A DNA stretch of 63,701 bases, the filler included, from Reticulomyxa filosa (Eukaryota > Protista > Foraminifera), in the NCBI GenBank assembly GCA_000512085.1. It is 22 parts of 22 records of this genome, joined end to end, with 100 filler letters (N's around TTAATTAATTAA, not from the genome) between each part and the next. Parts side by side here need not be neighbours in the genome. Positions count along the whole stretch, not along the records: positions 20,446 to 31,668 come from ASPP01007153.1; positions 31,769 to 33,171 come from ASPP01019289.1; positions 33,272 to 34,293 come from ASPP01001356.1; positions 34,394 to 35,885 come from ASPP01000839.1; positions 35,986 to 43,356 come from ASPP01001200.1; 17 more parts are not named here. One strand, 5' to 3'. Position 1 is the first letter of the stretch. Each line of letters starts with the position of its first letter. A model generated the notes under the pieces. That model had not been told where the DNA came from. It searched no databases and saw only the letters and a list, made by a program, of their open reading frames with translations. The position numbers and the translations under genes are program-made. This document shows positions 27,101 through 37,928 of this stretch, piece after piece.

Positions 27101-27547
27101 CTGTCAACTCTAATTCGGTCTTGTAATGTTTTTGTCTCCCCTTATCGAACTGAATCCTTTGGCTTGACTATTTTAGAGGCCATGGCAGCTGCAAAGCCCG
27201 TTATTGTAACACGCTATGGTATCTCAAACGAGTTTTGTACAGAACATAATGCTTTCTTCATCAACGCCGATGTTACCAATTGTTTTGTTGCTCCTTGTGG
27301 AAATCGGTCCATATTTGGACAATCAACCCGCTTTCAGCCGCAATGGAGTGAACCTGATATCCATGGCTTGGCCAGAGCTATGAAACTGGCTTACACAGAC
27401 ACTGCTTTACTGAAAAAAAAAGGAGGGACTGGTCGAGACATTGCAAGAAAACATGGATGGGAAAAAATCAGTGCGTTGGTTATTCAACGAGTTTATCAAC
27501 TAGTAAAAAATAAACTTGGTGTTGAAATTGAATCACTAAAACTGTAG
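24110..27547 (+). CDS. Intronless membrane-anchored protein with two tandem GT-B family 4 glycosyltransferase domains
   Basis: N-terminal hydrophobic anchor (ILLIGGLFHFLLLIFGW). Domain 1: STYPPSKCGVAEF, EHEFG, IPHG, GLIRSSKG, SGTLLTAMSYGLPVISTP. Domain 2: PWEFGAIP, DELWVP, IPQGVD, FLFVG..QKGID, ESFGLTILEA. Start at ATG 24110 or 24149. Confidence 0.9.
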   Translation: MFNKTQTKNTLLKMAFFRHKSVLKILLIGGLFHFLLLIFGWSQREGMAIMSYNAIAKNPQCHVGVVSTYPPSKCGVAEFSKEFVASLRANERFRANCTMEVLALSTGGTMRMRKEDEIVTRVWIENDYPSKVFWEISEYVNTHGFTHVILEHEFGLTPNVWQYVDFARWLHKNIELYTVVHSPKAYPSVIEMGVIRQLSKMSKFMVVMSWHAHYSFVHAYGIPKEKVLFIPHGIKEPQFRSSERPFFSAKVSALEPKLRSNNVDNHTSGSDLPFLNLQSSDIVVLSNGLIRSSKGLIRMIRNLPKILEKVPNLYFFIIGEEHPNTKSKHHYMESLLKYAASIGVSTHVVWINEYVTEQQLAKYFGRTDIYVTLFDEIVPVSGTLLTAMSYGLPVISTPYRFAVEILSNGTGIIVPYEDDTKFIESVIAMAKDMSLRRQMGKKAQAFVLQWKWNKVANQFASLILNRAFINRPSDRHVYFNPLGEHQDHYHRRDQYNNNRAAKGPKSQKVLIPYYPLTLDPFQHQPKYESFFSSPTWSPFAIRTFDEQLLRGVHESEPDVSIKHPGVYALYVDNFVQINCKIEQNTLLSMVGIKTHSRWIYVHDVYGIDYRDIPMPINWMKQNKSDGIEQMTINWDQKVVVVASINVKVHVQIVPSNGIAITFSEVNRFASPRGLLGDTLRCRYDESIACPKAKLNNLKWREWHIPSDHLFDHKAAGQHVISNNITTNILDLPVYDLSSSTFKPVPSTNHTLHFVIEGPLFTQDSIAKINRQMWLMLQRYPNINVLLKPTDDISIKDSEMYSSLDIYLAFCYFAAQPYDNSDQFLNSNALAVIFRHERLPNFQTPEWPPRYVYIHQQPWEFGAIPEKWLYPLQYKADELWVPFTYFKQAYTVNGINPDKISVIPQGVDYQRIDKINGKFDTNTSKTFKFLFVGKQSLQKGIDILLNVYRTTFTRKDDVTLILLLNNNTHEYAPELERTLQDPNAPELVVIRRSLSTYELSTLIRSCNVFVSPYRTESFGLTILEAMAAAKPVIVTRYGISNEFCTEHNAFFINADVTNCFVAPCGNRSIFGQSTRFQPQWSEPDIHGLARAMKLAYTDTALLKKKGGTGRDIARKHGWEKISALVIQRVYQLVKNKLGVEIESLKL

Positions 27548-29037
27548 TAAAATCACTTTCAACCCCAAAGATGCACATATCTTTTATTTTATTTTTTTTC
27601 TTTTAGATTATCGATTTAATAATAAAATGTTTTTTTTGCCGTTGAGAAAAGCAATAAAGATTGCCTTACTACCTCTTTTCACTTAGACATTTTGTCACTC
27701 AACCAAGCTGCCTTATTTTTTGACAAAAACTTATTGCAGCTTCTAGTTACAGTTGAAGAGTCATACGCGACAAGATGTTTCCGAAGTCACATGATGAAAA
27801 ATGAGCTCAATTGAGTAGATAATGCAAAAAACTTCCAATTGACAAGTTTGAGTGGATTGCTCTTTCGTTACAAAATTTTCATCCAAAATTTTATACAATC
27901 AAACAATTTCAAAGTATCTTTCCCAACGAACAATTAGTTTTGAATTTGCATTTCTAATAAGTCCAACATATGGAAAAACAATATTTCTTGTCAGAATAAT
28001 CATAAATATTAAACAGCATACATTTCTATTTATTAAAATCTTTTCTTTTGTGAAGAGTGTTTTATTAATTTATTATAAAAAGTGTGTTGCATGTTATGAT
28101 ATTACAGGGTATAATTAAATTTAAAAGTTATATTTATGAAGAGAAAATACGCCCAATTGTTGTCTAAGTCAAGGGCATCTTATTCATATAAATATTTTTT
28201 TTTTTTAATAATAATGATTATTTTCAAATAGAAAAAAATGAATTTTCTGTACCCTATTTATATAACATGAACAACACTTCTTTTAACGAAATTAAAAAAA
28301 ATTTAAATAATAATGACATAATAAAATCATTTGATTGTTAGACGAACAAAAACGATCAAGTCATAATTCTTTGCTAACAGTAAAATTGTTAGTACAACAC
28401 ACTTGTATGCCAGTGTTTGAGACTTCTCGTACATATTCTGAAAAACAGTCTGTTGAACGCCTTGCAAATGATACACAAGAAATTCAATATTCGTCTGTTT
28501 TGTAGGAACTGTCTGAAAAAAAATATACATATATGTATAAATATTATGATTGTTTTGAATTTATCTAATTGGTATTATTCATCTTGACAAAACGCTGTCA
28601 AAAAGACTTGGTTAATTTTGTGTTATATGAACATTCAAATAATTTGCCATGTAAGAGATCGGCCTTGAATCTTCTTTTTTCCTTCAAAAAAAAAAAGCAA
28701 ACAGTTTTTTTTAATCGATAAATATTGGAAGGTTAAAAAGATGTATTGTGAACATGGAGACATCAAACCTGCAATCGAAAAAAGATGTCATAATCATTGA
28801 CATAATGATGGGTCTATGTTGGATAATGGTATCTTGGTTGATGCATTCAGTAGCCAAGTAACAAAGGCTTTATAAGAACTTGTTGTTTTTGTATACAAAA
28901 GATTATGAGAATTACAATAGTTGTGTTGAGAAACTAGCTGGATGTTTTTACAGAAATAATGGTGCGATAATAAATAAAATTTCAGCCCAATTTCGCATAG
29001 CAAGTGTAAATATTATAAAACAAACCCTAAACCCTTA

Positions 29038-31575
29038 CTATTTTGGCAAATGCTCAGTTTGTTCTGCCTGAATAACATTTTTTGCAGTTTCCACGTCACA
29101 TTCGCTTGCAGTGGATATCTTATTTCGAAATTCAACATTGACGAATTTGTCGGCAAAATCAAGCAATTCAGGTCGGAAAGTGGTGACAATAAATTGGCTT
29201 TGTTGTTTTTCAGTTCCAATGATCTGGGCCACAGCTCTACGATACTGTGTGTCTAAAGCAGCATCAATTTCATCAAATACATAAAAAGGTGCAGGATCAC
29301 ATCTTTGCATTGCAAATATGAGACCTAAAGAAACAACGCTTTGTTGTCCTCCACTTAGTTGGGCCATATTTCTTTCGTCATCACGTTTGTTATCGTCCCC
29401 TTGATCGACCCCAGAGAACGACGCCCGTATTCCAACCCCAGAGCACTTGTTGGATTTATCGTCACTTTCATTTGCTTGACTCATTTCATTTTCATTGCCA
29501 TATTTGTAAATAACCAAACTCGCTTTGCCCCTCGGGACCAATTCCCGGAAAACGCCACTAAATTTTTCATTAACTGCTTCAAAAGTTTGAAAAATGGCGT
29601 CTTCTTTTTTCGAATCCAAATGGCCAATGAGCCCATAGATGTGGTCTTTATCTTGAGTTTGTTGCGAGTGTCTCTCACTCAGTTTGACTTTTTGTTCGTT
29701 GAAGCTTTTGTATTGTTCGACAGCCTTCTGATTGACTTTTTTATGGTCCAACGCCTTCCAAGCGCTCATTGTGGATTCAAAGATTTTTTCCAATTGTTTC
29801 ACCGATTTGTTTTCAAACTTTTGTAGCAATTTGGTGGAAGGTATGGCGCCCAGATCTGCCAATCGTTTATTCAAATCCATTAGCTTTTCACGTAAGGCTT
29901 GCGTTTTCCCTAGTTTTTTTTCCGTCGCTTTGTTTTCATTGGCCACAATTTCGCCCAGTTCCGCTTCTTTTTGTTTGACTTTTTCCAATTCGTTTTCCAA
30001 AGCGGCCAAGGTTTTATCAAGCGTGTCTATTTCCTTGTCAATGTCCTGCACGTGCGTTTGCAGCTCATTTTTTTTTTCGGCGCACTGTTCCATTTCAGTG
30101 TTGACCCGTTCCAGATTTTCGCGCAAGACAAAGTCCGAATTTTGCAAGTCTTGACAAAGTCTTTTCAGATTATCCCGTTGTTTGAACAAGTTGTTTTGCA
30201 AAGACGCTTGCAAAGAATGTTTGCGCATGGCACTGTGACTGCGTTCTTCAATGGCATGTGCGCACTCTTCCTTGAGTTTGTCCAGTTCGGAATGCAAGCG
30301 TTCCATTTCGTCGATTTCCTCAGCGGTCATTTGAGACTGCAAGTCGGTGGCCATTTCGGCGTTGAGTTCGTCGAATTTGGTGGCGAGGATGTGCGCCAAC
30401 TCCTCGCTTTGTTTGAGTAGTTCCTGTTTCTGCGAGCGCAGTTTGTCTTGCGTTTTGATTTCGTTTTCGAAATGGGCGACACGCGAGCCGAGCGTTTTGA
30501 GTTCGTTGTAGCATTCGCGAATGGTGTGTTCGTGCTGTTCGATGGAAAGACGATACGAGTCGAGACGACTTTCCAAAGTGGTCCTTTGGCCTTGTAACGT
30601 GTCGAGCTGTTTGTGTTCCTTATCGAGGTCCTTCTTTAGTTCTTTGAGACGGCGCATGATTGTGAGACGACGATTTTTTTCGTCGGCGTGACCCCCTTCG
30701 AAGGCGCCCTTGAGCGTGACCTTGTCCCCTTCCAACGTCATCATGTCAAACCCATAGCGCAACGCGTAGTCAAAGCCCGTCTCCAAGTCTCTTGCGATCA
30801 GCGTTTGTCCAAAGATTTGGTCAAAGGCAGGTTCCAAGTGTCGGTCAAATTCGAGCAAACGCATAATGGGCACGCAGTCGGGCGTGTTGGGATACTCGCG
30901 TCGAGGCTTCTTTCTTTGTCTTTCCAAGATGCGATTCAAAGGCATCAGCGTGACTCTCCCGCATTTCTCCTTCTTCAGCAATGTGATCAGCGTCGTTGCC
31001 GTGTCGTCGTTGTCGCACACCCAATAAAACAGCTTGTGTTTGGCACACTCTTCAATGGCCTGGTCGTAGCGCTCTGCGCAGCTGAACAGCTCCAGCACTG
31101 GCCCATAAATCCCTTTCAGGTCATACTCTGCACTGTCCTTGTACTTGTCCACTACTCGTCGACACTCAATGTACGCTTCATACATCCCCAAACTCATCGT
31201 GTTTCGCAGCTCTCGATCGTGACGCTCCACGTCCTGCTGCAGTCGCTTCACTGTCTTATTCGACTCGTTCTCTCTCGTTTGGATGTCCTTCAACTCGTTC
31301 TTTGTGTGCTTCCGCTTTTCGTGACTTTTGTTCAGCTCGCTCTGCGCGCTCTTCAGGTCTTCGCTCCGCTTCGTCTCTTCTCCTCGCAGCGACGCCAGCT
31401 CGTTGCTCAGCTTGTCGCCCTCAGTCTCTAGCGACTCGATCGTCTTCTCCAGCTCCTTCTGCTTCGTCAGCTCCTCGTTCCTGTTCTGCGTCATCTCGGA
31501 CGCCAGTTTCTGCAGGTGTTGGTTGCGTTGCGTCTTTGTCCGGTATTTCCCCATCCGATTTTGCTTCGCGTACAA
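29038..31575 (-). CDS. SMC3: Cohesin subunit SMC3, hinge to C-terminal head (5' truncated)
   Basis: Hinge GIYGPVLELF, GRVTLMPLN, TLEGDKVTLKGAFEGG; long coiled coil; signature LSGGQQSVVSLGLIFAMQRCDPAPFYVFDEIDAALD and FIVTTFRPELL. Confidence 0.93.
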   Translation of the reverse strand: MYAKQNRMGKYRTKTQRNQHLQKLASEMTQNRNEELTKQKELEKTIESLETEGDKLSNELASLRGEETKRSEDLKSAQSELNKSHEKRKHTKNELKDIQTRENESNKTVKRLQQDVERHDRELRNTMSLGMYEAYIECRRVVDKYKDSAEYDLKGIYGPVLELFSCAERYDQAIEECAKHKLFYWVCDNDDTATTLITLLKKEKCGRVTLMPLNRILERQRKKPRREYPNTPDCVPIMRLLEFDRHLEPAFDQIFGQTLIARDLETGFDYALRYGFDMMTLEGDKVTLKGAFEGGHADEKNRRLTIMRRLKELKKDLDKEHKQLDTLQGQRTTLESRLDSYRLSIEQHEHTIRECYNELKTLGSRVAHFENEIKTQDKLRSQKQELLKQSEELAHILATKFDELNAEMATDLQSQMTAEEIDEMERLHSELDKLKEECAHAIEERSHSAMRKHSLQASLQNNLFKQRDNLKRLCQDLQNSDFVLRENLERVNTEMEQCAEKKNELQTHVQDIDKEIDTLDKTLAALENELEKVKQKEAELGEIVANENKATEKKLGKTQALREKLMDLNKRLADLGAIPSTKLLQKFENKSVKQLEKIFESTMSAWKALDHKKVNQKAVEQYKSFNEQKVKLSERHSQQTQDKDHIYGLIGHLDSKKEDAIFQTFEAVNEKFSGVFRELVPRGKASLVIYKYGNENEMSQANESDDKSNKCSGVGIRASFSGVDQGDDNKRDDERNMAQLSGGQQSVVSLGLIFAMQRCDPAPFYVFDEIDAALDTQYRRAVAQIIGTEKQQSQFIVTTFRPELLDFADKFVNVEFRNKISTASECDVETAKNVIQAEQTEHLPK

Positions 31576-32229
31576 TGTACTGTACTCCCCCCCCCAATCA
31601 ACATTTTTTTTTATCATCTAGATAAAAAAAAAAAAATGAATCAATAAATTATTTACATATAAATAAATNNNNNNNNNNNNNNNNNNNNNNNNNNNNNNNN
31701 NNNNNNNNNNNNTTAATTAATTAANNNNNNNNNNNNNNNNNNNNNNNNNNNNNNNNNNNNNNNNNNNNTCCTGTCCAAAAGAGTTTCTGCTCAAATTGTA
31801 GCACTTCTTTGTTTTTATTTTCCATCGATTTTGCAATTCTTTCCAGAGCATTTATCTCAATTTTCTGTTCCGTTTTATTTGGTGTTTTTTTCATTCAAAG
31901 AGCTGTTTCAAAGATGGGAAAAAAAAAACCCCAACCAGGATACCTTGATTCCAAAACGTGTATTGTTTTGGTAAATAGTCATGCGCAATGGAAGCAAATC
32001 ACCGACCATGTCTAATACATGTTTGTAAAGGCATCAAAGAGCATTTCGAAAAGTAATGGCTCAAATTATTTCAAATTATTAAAATTCATCGAATTGAAGA
32101 TCGTTGTCAATCGTTTTAACTTACTAGAGAAAAAAATATCTACAATATAACACCAATTTACAAAAAAAAGTAACAACAAAGTGTCTTCAACAAATGGAAG
32201 ATAGATCATTTATTCAATAACATTTCCTT

Positions 32230-32960
32230 GATATTGCCAACAACAATTAACACTGACCTAGGTCTTGTCAGCATGACATTGACACGAGCTCTTTCTCTCA
32301 AAAACCCTACATCATTCATCTCTTTGACTCTGACCGTAATGAAAATGATAACTTCACTTTCATTTCACTGAAATTTGTCCACAATGCAAAATTCGAAGCA
32401 TTATTTACTATCACATATAAATCATTTAATTTTTCTTCAATGTTTTCCCGTTGAACTCGATATGGTGTGATGATCATGTCCCCAGTTTTGCTGCAACATA
32501 CACATGCCTGTCGTTGTTGATCAAGCGCACAAACAATGATGTGTCAAGTCCACGCTAAAAACAACGCATACACATATATATTAATGCATATATTGTATTT
32601 ATATACGTATAATAATAAACTATAACTTTTTTTAGCATAAACAGATATTGTTCTAATTGGTGATCACAAGCAGTTACCGCCGACGATCAAGTGACAAAGC
32701 TTGCTTTAACTGTCGTAAAGGTGTCAACAGTACACTTATTTGATTATCATCGATGATAATCAAGTCAACCTTTTTTTTTTCAACACCACATTTGCTGCAC
32801 CTACGCAGGTCCAAGAAATTATTGCCTACTGCTATACCACTTTGGCCCATTCTTTTTTTCAATGACGACGTAGCATCGACAATCGCGGATGCAACTTGTG
32901 TTTTCCTTATGCCAGGTGGTCCCTGAATTAGTGTCAGCTTCCTGATTATGTTCATCGTTG
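32230..32960 (-). pseudogene. UPF1/DNA2-like superfamily-1 helicase pseudogene with an internal inversion
   Basis: Minus strand: LIQGPPGIRKT, VDLIIIDD, IITPYRVQ, VDKFQ*NESEVIIFITVR, GFLRERARVNVMLTRPRSVLIVVGN. Plus strand ~32646-32694: IVLIGDHKQLPPTIK*. Confidence 0.85.
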
Positions 32961-34251
32961 TATAATAAATTACATTTGATACAAAAAAAAAAAGCAATTA
33001 TTCCAAAACTGTTGTAAAAAAAAAAGGGGGAACATAACAAATTGTTTAATGTTTCCAAGAAAGGGTATAAAAAAAGTATATACGTATACATACATGCATG
33101 TGTTTGTGTAAACATGTGAAGTGATTCTATTCGAATATTTGTCACACCTGCAGCTGAATTTGGAAAGTAATNNNNNNNNNNNNNNNNNNNNNNNNNNNNN
33201 NNNNNNNNNNNNNNNTTAATTAATTAANNNNNNNNNNNNNNNNNNNNNNNNNNNNNNNNNNNNNNNNNNNNAAAGATAAAGAAGAAAAAACCTAAAGACA
33301 ACTTGAACGCAACTTTCATTGATAAGCTTAAGTTCATTTTACTTTTTTTTTTGAGATGATCTTGGATGATGCAAGATAAAAAAAAATGCTGCAACTTTTT
33401 TAAGTTCAACGAAGTGTTAATAAAATTTGTCAATTAGAGCTTTATGTCCAATTTTTTTGGAGATATTGATTTTTTTTAATGCTTGTGTCAAAGCTCGAGT
33501 TTAAAAAAGTTTATAGAAACACTGATTCTGGATGAAGAAGGGATTGCTAGGATATGCTTTAACTACTTTTCCCAACTTTAAAATATTTTGTTAACCACAC
33601 ATAAATTTATCTATTACACACTGTTCCAATAAAGCAAAATGATATACACATTCTTTTTCAATTTTTTATTGATGCTATTTTCAAGTAAAGCTTCGTTATA
33701 GTAGAAATCTTATTGCAAAAAACACTGATCGCAGTCTAACTCAGTCACTTCATCATTAATCCAAACCAGGTCACAAAACACAACAACTCAACAATAATAT
33801 AAAAAAACTCAAGCAAAAAAAAAAATGTTACTTTTTTTAAAACATTTTGCATTGGAGCCCTATAAAAAACAAAAATATTATATCAATACTGACTAAACGA
33901 AAATTTAAGAAAATTCTACTACAATTCTGCGTCTCATGTATTGACTAATTCTTGCAAAAACAAAAATAATTTGCATTTTATTTAAGCAAGTAGATTATGC
34001 GTCTTTGTCTTCGTTACAAAAAACAAAAAAAGATATCAATTTGACTTCAAACTTTTTTTTATTTATTACAAAAGTTTGCTTGAATAATTTTGTAAATTTT
34101 CCTATTATTTTGCAAAAGGAAAAAAGCGGTTGTTTAAACTGACATGAAATGGTTATTTGTCCCATAACATTATAACAACTAATTTTTGAGTGGTAGATTT
34201 CTCACTTACAAAAAAAAAGCTTGAAAATTGTGATAAAAGGAATAAATTAAT

Positions 34252-34293
34252 TACAGTATATTGCAAAAAAAACCGCCATACCTAAATGGCACT
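34252..34293 (+). mobile_element. 41-bp TA-bounded element (near-complete copy at contig end)
   Basis: TA-CAGTATATTGCAAAAAAAACCGCCATACCTAAATGGCACT, then the contig ends. Confidence 0.7.
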
Positions 34294-34393
34294 NNNNNNN
34301 NNNNNNNNNNNNNNNNNNNNNNNNNNNNNNNNNNNNNTTAATTAATTAANNNNNNNNNNNNNNNNNNNNNNNNNNNNNNNNNNNNNNNNNNNN

Positions 34394-34432
34394 GCCATTT
34401 AGGTATGGCAGTTTTTTTTGCAATCTACTGTA
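34394..34432 (-). mobile_element. 41-bp TA-bounded element (near-complete copy at contig start)
   Basis: Contig starts GCCATTTAGGTATGGCAGTTTTTTTTGCAATCTACTG-TA. Confidence 0.7.
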
Positions 34433-36162
34433 GAAACAAAAAGAAAATTAGAATATCACAAAAATTCAAAAAAAATTTTCACCTTCTTTTTTTGTTTAAG
34501 TAACTTTTTTAATGGAAAAAAAAATTTAAATAATTATAAAAATTTATTTTTAACAAGCAAGATAGAAAGAGTGTTTGTTGTTTATAGTAGTTAACACTGA
34601 TCATCTATTATTGACATGTTATTGTCATCTCAATATTGCAATATTATACATTCTATCTATTCACATGTTCGTAGACAAATTACAATAGTTTTATCTGAAT
34701 CCTGAATTTTGTTTTCTCACAATAAATTTAATAAGTTAAAAGTATTTTTAAGGATCAATACAATACTAATTTTAATTATTAAATATATAATAGTTGTCGA
34801 TGCATTTGCAACGTTTTTTTTATTGTATTGTGCAAATGAAAGTTGACACATAAAACTACAACTAAAAATTTGAATATTTTATTAATTTTTGAAAATTTTC
34901 TAAAAAAAGTTGACAATCATGTATATGTATACAATGAAATTTAATAATTTTTTTCCAGAAAATACATTGCAAATATGAAGAAAATTGATCATATATATAA
35001 AGTGATATTTTATTTGTTAAATTTCTTTTTCTAGTTATAAAATCTTATTTAAAACTATAATCGAGTTTATTTTTATTTTTTTCAATATAAAGTAATTAAG
35101 ATTATTAATTTCATAACAATTTGTAAACAGATCCTTAAAAGTACTTTTCTTTTAATAGATTTGTTGTGAAAAAATACTCAGGATCCAGGTAAACCTAATT
35201 TGTCGAATCAAAATAAATTATAACATATATTTGTAAATACCAATTATCTAGAGAAAAGCAAAATTGAATATACATAAAGTTTAATTAAAAAATGAGCATT
35301 AAAAACAAATAAAATAATATTTAAAAAATTAATTGTTAGCATAGTATGTTTAAATGAATTAATTTTGATAAAAAATTTTTAGGTGAAAAAGTTTTTAATA
35401 GTTTTGTAAAGAATATAAGTTCAAGATTTATGATTTATTTGAATCTTTGCAACGTATATTATTCTTTTATTAATTTTGCAATTCTATCAAAAATATTTTA
35501 AATAAAAAAAGCCAAATTAAATATTATCCTTTAAAGTAATTAATTAATTAAAATAACATAACAATATTAATTAATTTTAAAATTTATAAAAGAAATACTC
35601 AATAAGCTTTATCGACTTGTCTTCGGTAAATCATGCATTATATGTTTTGCTGATTAAATAAGTTTTGACAGCAAACGAAGCATACACAACAATGGCTGCA
35701 ATGCAAGAAAATATATTTACGCAATTCTGTCTTACATATGATACAAAACCTTGCATTGTATTCATATAGCTCATTTTGTTCTTCTTTGACACAATATATT
35801 GTTTACAAAACTTGTCAAATAAAATAAAATGATAAATTAATTTAACTTTTTTGTACAAGTTGTTGGAACCGAAAGGGTTTGAATTNNNNNNNNNNNNNNN
35901 NNNNNNNNNNNNNNNNNNNNNNNNNNNNNTTAATTAATTAANNNNNNNNNNNNNNNNNNNNNNNNNNNNNNNNNNNNNNNNNNNNATTTATTTGAACTCC
36001 TTCGAAATTTTTAAAAATCATTTGAAAAAATCATATTTTTGATCAACCTAAAAAAACTTATTATAAAACCAATTTCATATTTAAAAACTACAGATTAGTA
36101 TATATTTAAAAAAAAAATATGTTTAAATCTTTATTTTTCATTTAGAAAATCAATTCTCTTCA

Positions 36163-36207
36163 TACAGTGCCATTTATGTATGGCAGTTTTTTTTTCAATA
36201 TACTGTA
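36163..36207 (-). mobile_element. Complete 41-bp element with TA flanks and CAGT...ACTG termini (Tc1/mariner-like MITE or IES-like)
   Basis: TA-CAGTGCCATTTATGTATGGCAGTTTTTTTTTCAATATACTG-TA, with an internal TGCCAT/ATGGCA hairpin. Confidence 0.7.
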
Positions 36208-37928
36208 CATATAGTGAAAATATAATATTCATAAAAGCATTTATCATCTTGTCATTATCAACAAATCACATCACCAGAGAATCTGTTTCAAATGTTCCAA
36301 TGATTATGTACGTTGAAAGAGCAAGCGATCTAACGATAATATTGTACCGGGGCGAACTGGTATTACTGCTAGATTACTTTTGGTCTTGTCACCAAAGCGA
36401 CAAATCTGCGACTGCCAATCCGATATTATAGTCCATTTGCGAGTTTGCCATTGAGTTTGAACATTTTGTCTGCTCGACATGTTGCGCTTGGACAGTGTCT
36501 CCAACAATATCAACGTCTGCTATGCTACATACACTTGTCCGAATAATATGCCTTTGTTCTGTTGCAGGCCTTCAATTTGCGATACAAGCATCATATCCAA
36601 GATTGTTTTTTATCTAAATATATAATGACTTTCTAATTTTGTGTTGATTGATCAGACTTGTTGCAATGTTACTTATAGTAAAATACAGAGACACTATGTT
36701 TCGAACCCGAATTCAATTATGTTTTAATGCTAATCCAACAAGTGACGACCAGAGACAAGACTTTGTTTCAGCAGAATATTATCAGTGCTGAATTAGTGGT
36801 TTTCGACTCGATACATGAAGAAGATGTCGCGCACGCCAGTCAGTCAAAAGTTTTTTGTGTAATTTTTTTTAATTGCATGTTATTTCCAGTCAAAAAAAAA
36901 CAAACAATAAATGAACGAATAAAAGGTGCACATGACAGAATCAAGTTCGTGTCCAAACTCCAAAGTTCCGTTTTTGTCGCGAAAATCTATTTAGTGCGAA
37001 AGTCATTCGATGATTTATATCAAGTACTTACCAGTTGTTATATCAATGAAACCATTGGGCTTCTGCAATTTCAAACATCATGTGGCATTGCACATTATGA
37101 ATATATTAAGCAGCTAACTTTTTATTGCGATGCGAATTGTTGAAATACACTTTTTTACCTTTTTATTAAGAAACTCATCTTCCCTTATTCATTAAAAACA
37201 CTTAATGAAAGAAAAATTTTGTCACGACGATTCATTACTCAGATGGATGTAACCGAACATCGCAGATTTTGGTATTGTCGCAACTGCACTTACCGAACAA
37301 TTCATGGATTCATCGTGTTAATCGAAAAAGATTGAGTCAAACAAGATTTTAAAGATAAAACAAAAATTCGAAATGGATTAAAAAGAAACATAAAAAAAAA
37401 AATATGTTGTACAATCCAACATTCGAAATATTTTCAATATTAAAGTAGTTTGTATTATTATGTTATTGTGTTCAATAAACTTCCAAAAGCTCAATGAAAA
37501 TTAAAAAACAAATGTGCAGTTTTCAAAAATTTTTTTTATTAAACAAACACAGCAACACTTACTCTCGTATTATATTTAAGAAAAATATCACTTGTCAAAT
37601 AAATTAACATTGCTTTCAGCAAAAACAATCGTGTTTTGCAAAAAATGCAAACGAATGATTTTAAGTTTACTTTTTACATTTAACTGGTAATAGCAATTTC
37701 TTTAATATTTCAATTATAGCATAGCTTGAATTTTCTACGAATAAAGAAGGGTAGCATTTGATTTATTAAATGCCGAAGTAAAATATTTTGATGTACCACT
37801 TATAATACAAAAAGGCAATTGTCAAAAAAAAAGGTAGATCGATTTATCTCAATTGAAAAGATTGTGATTGGTCATAAATTGATGAGATGAAATCTAATTT
37901 GCAGGCAAAATTTGAAAAATAAAATAGT

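Noticed and set aside
28745-28800. HGDIKPA kinase catalytic-loop-like peptide
   Set aside because: Isolated 7-aa match with no other kinase motifs in frame. Possibly a remnant, but unsupported.
34252-34432. Apparent large palindrome centred on the N spacer
   Set aside because: The two arms are on different contigs joined artificially. Only the shared repeat is real, not the hairpin.
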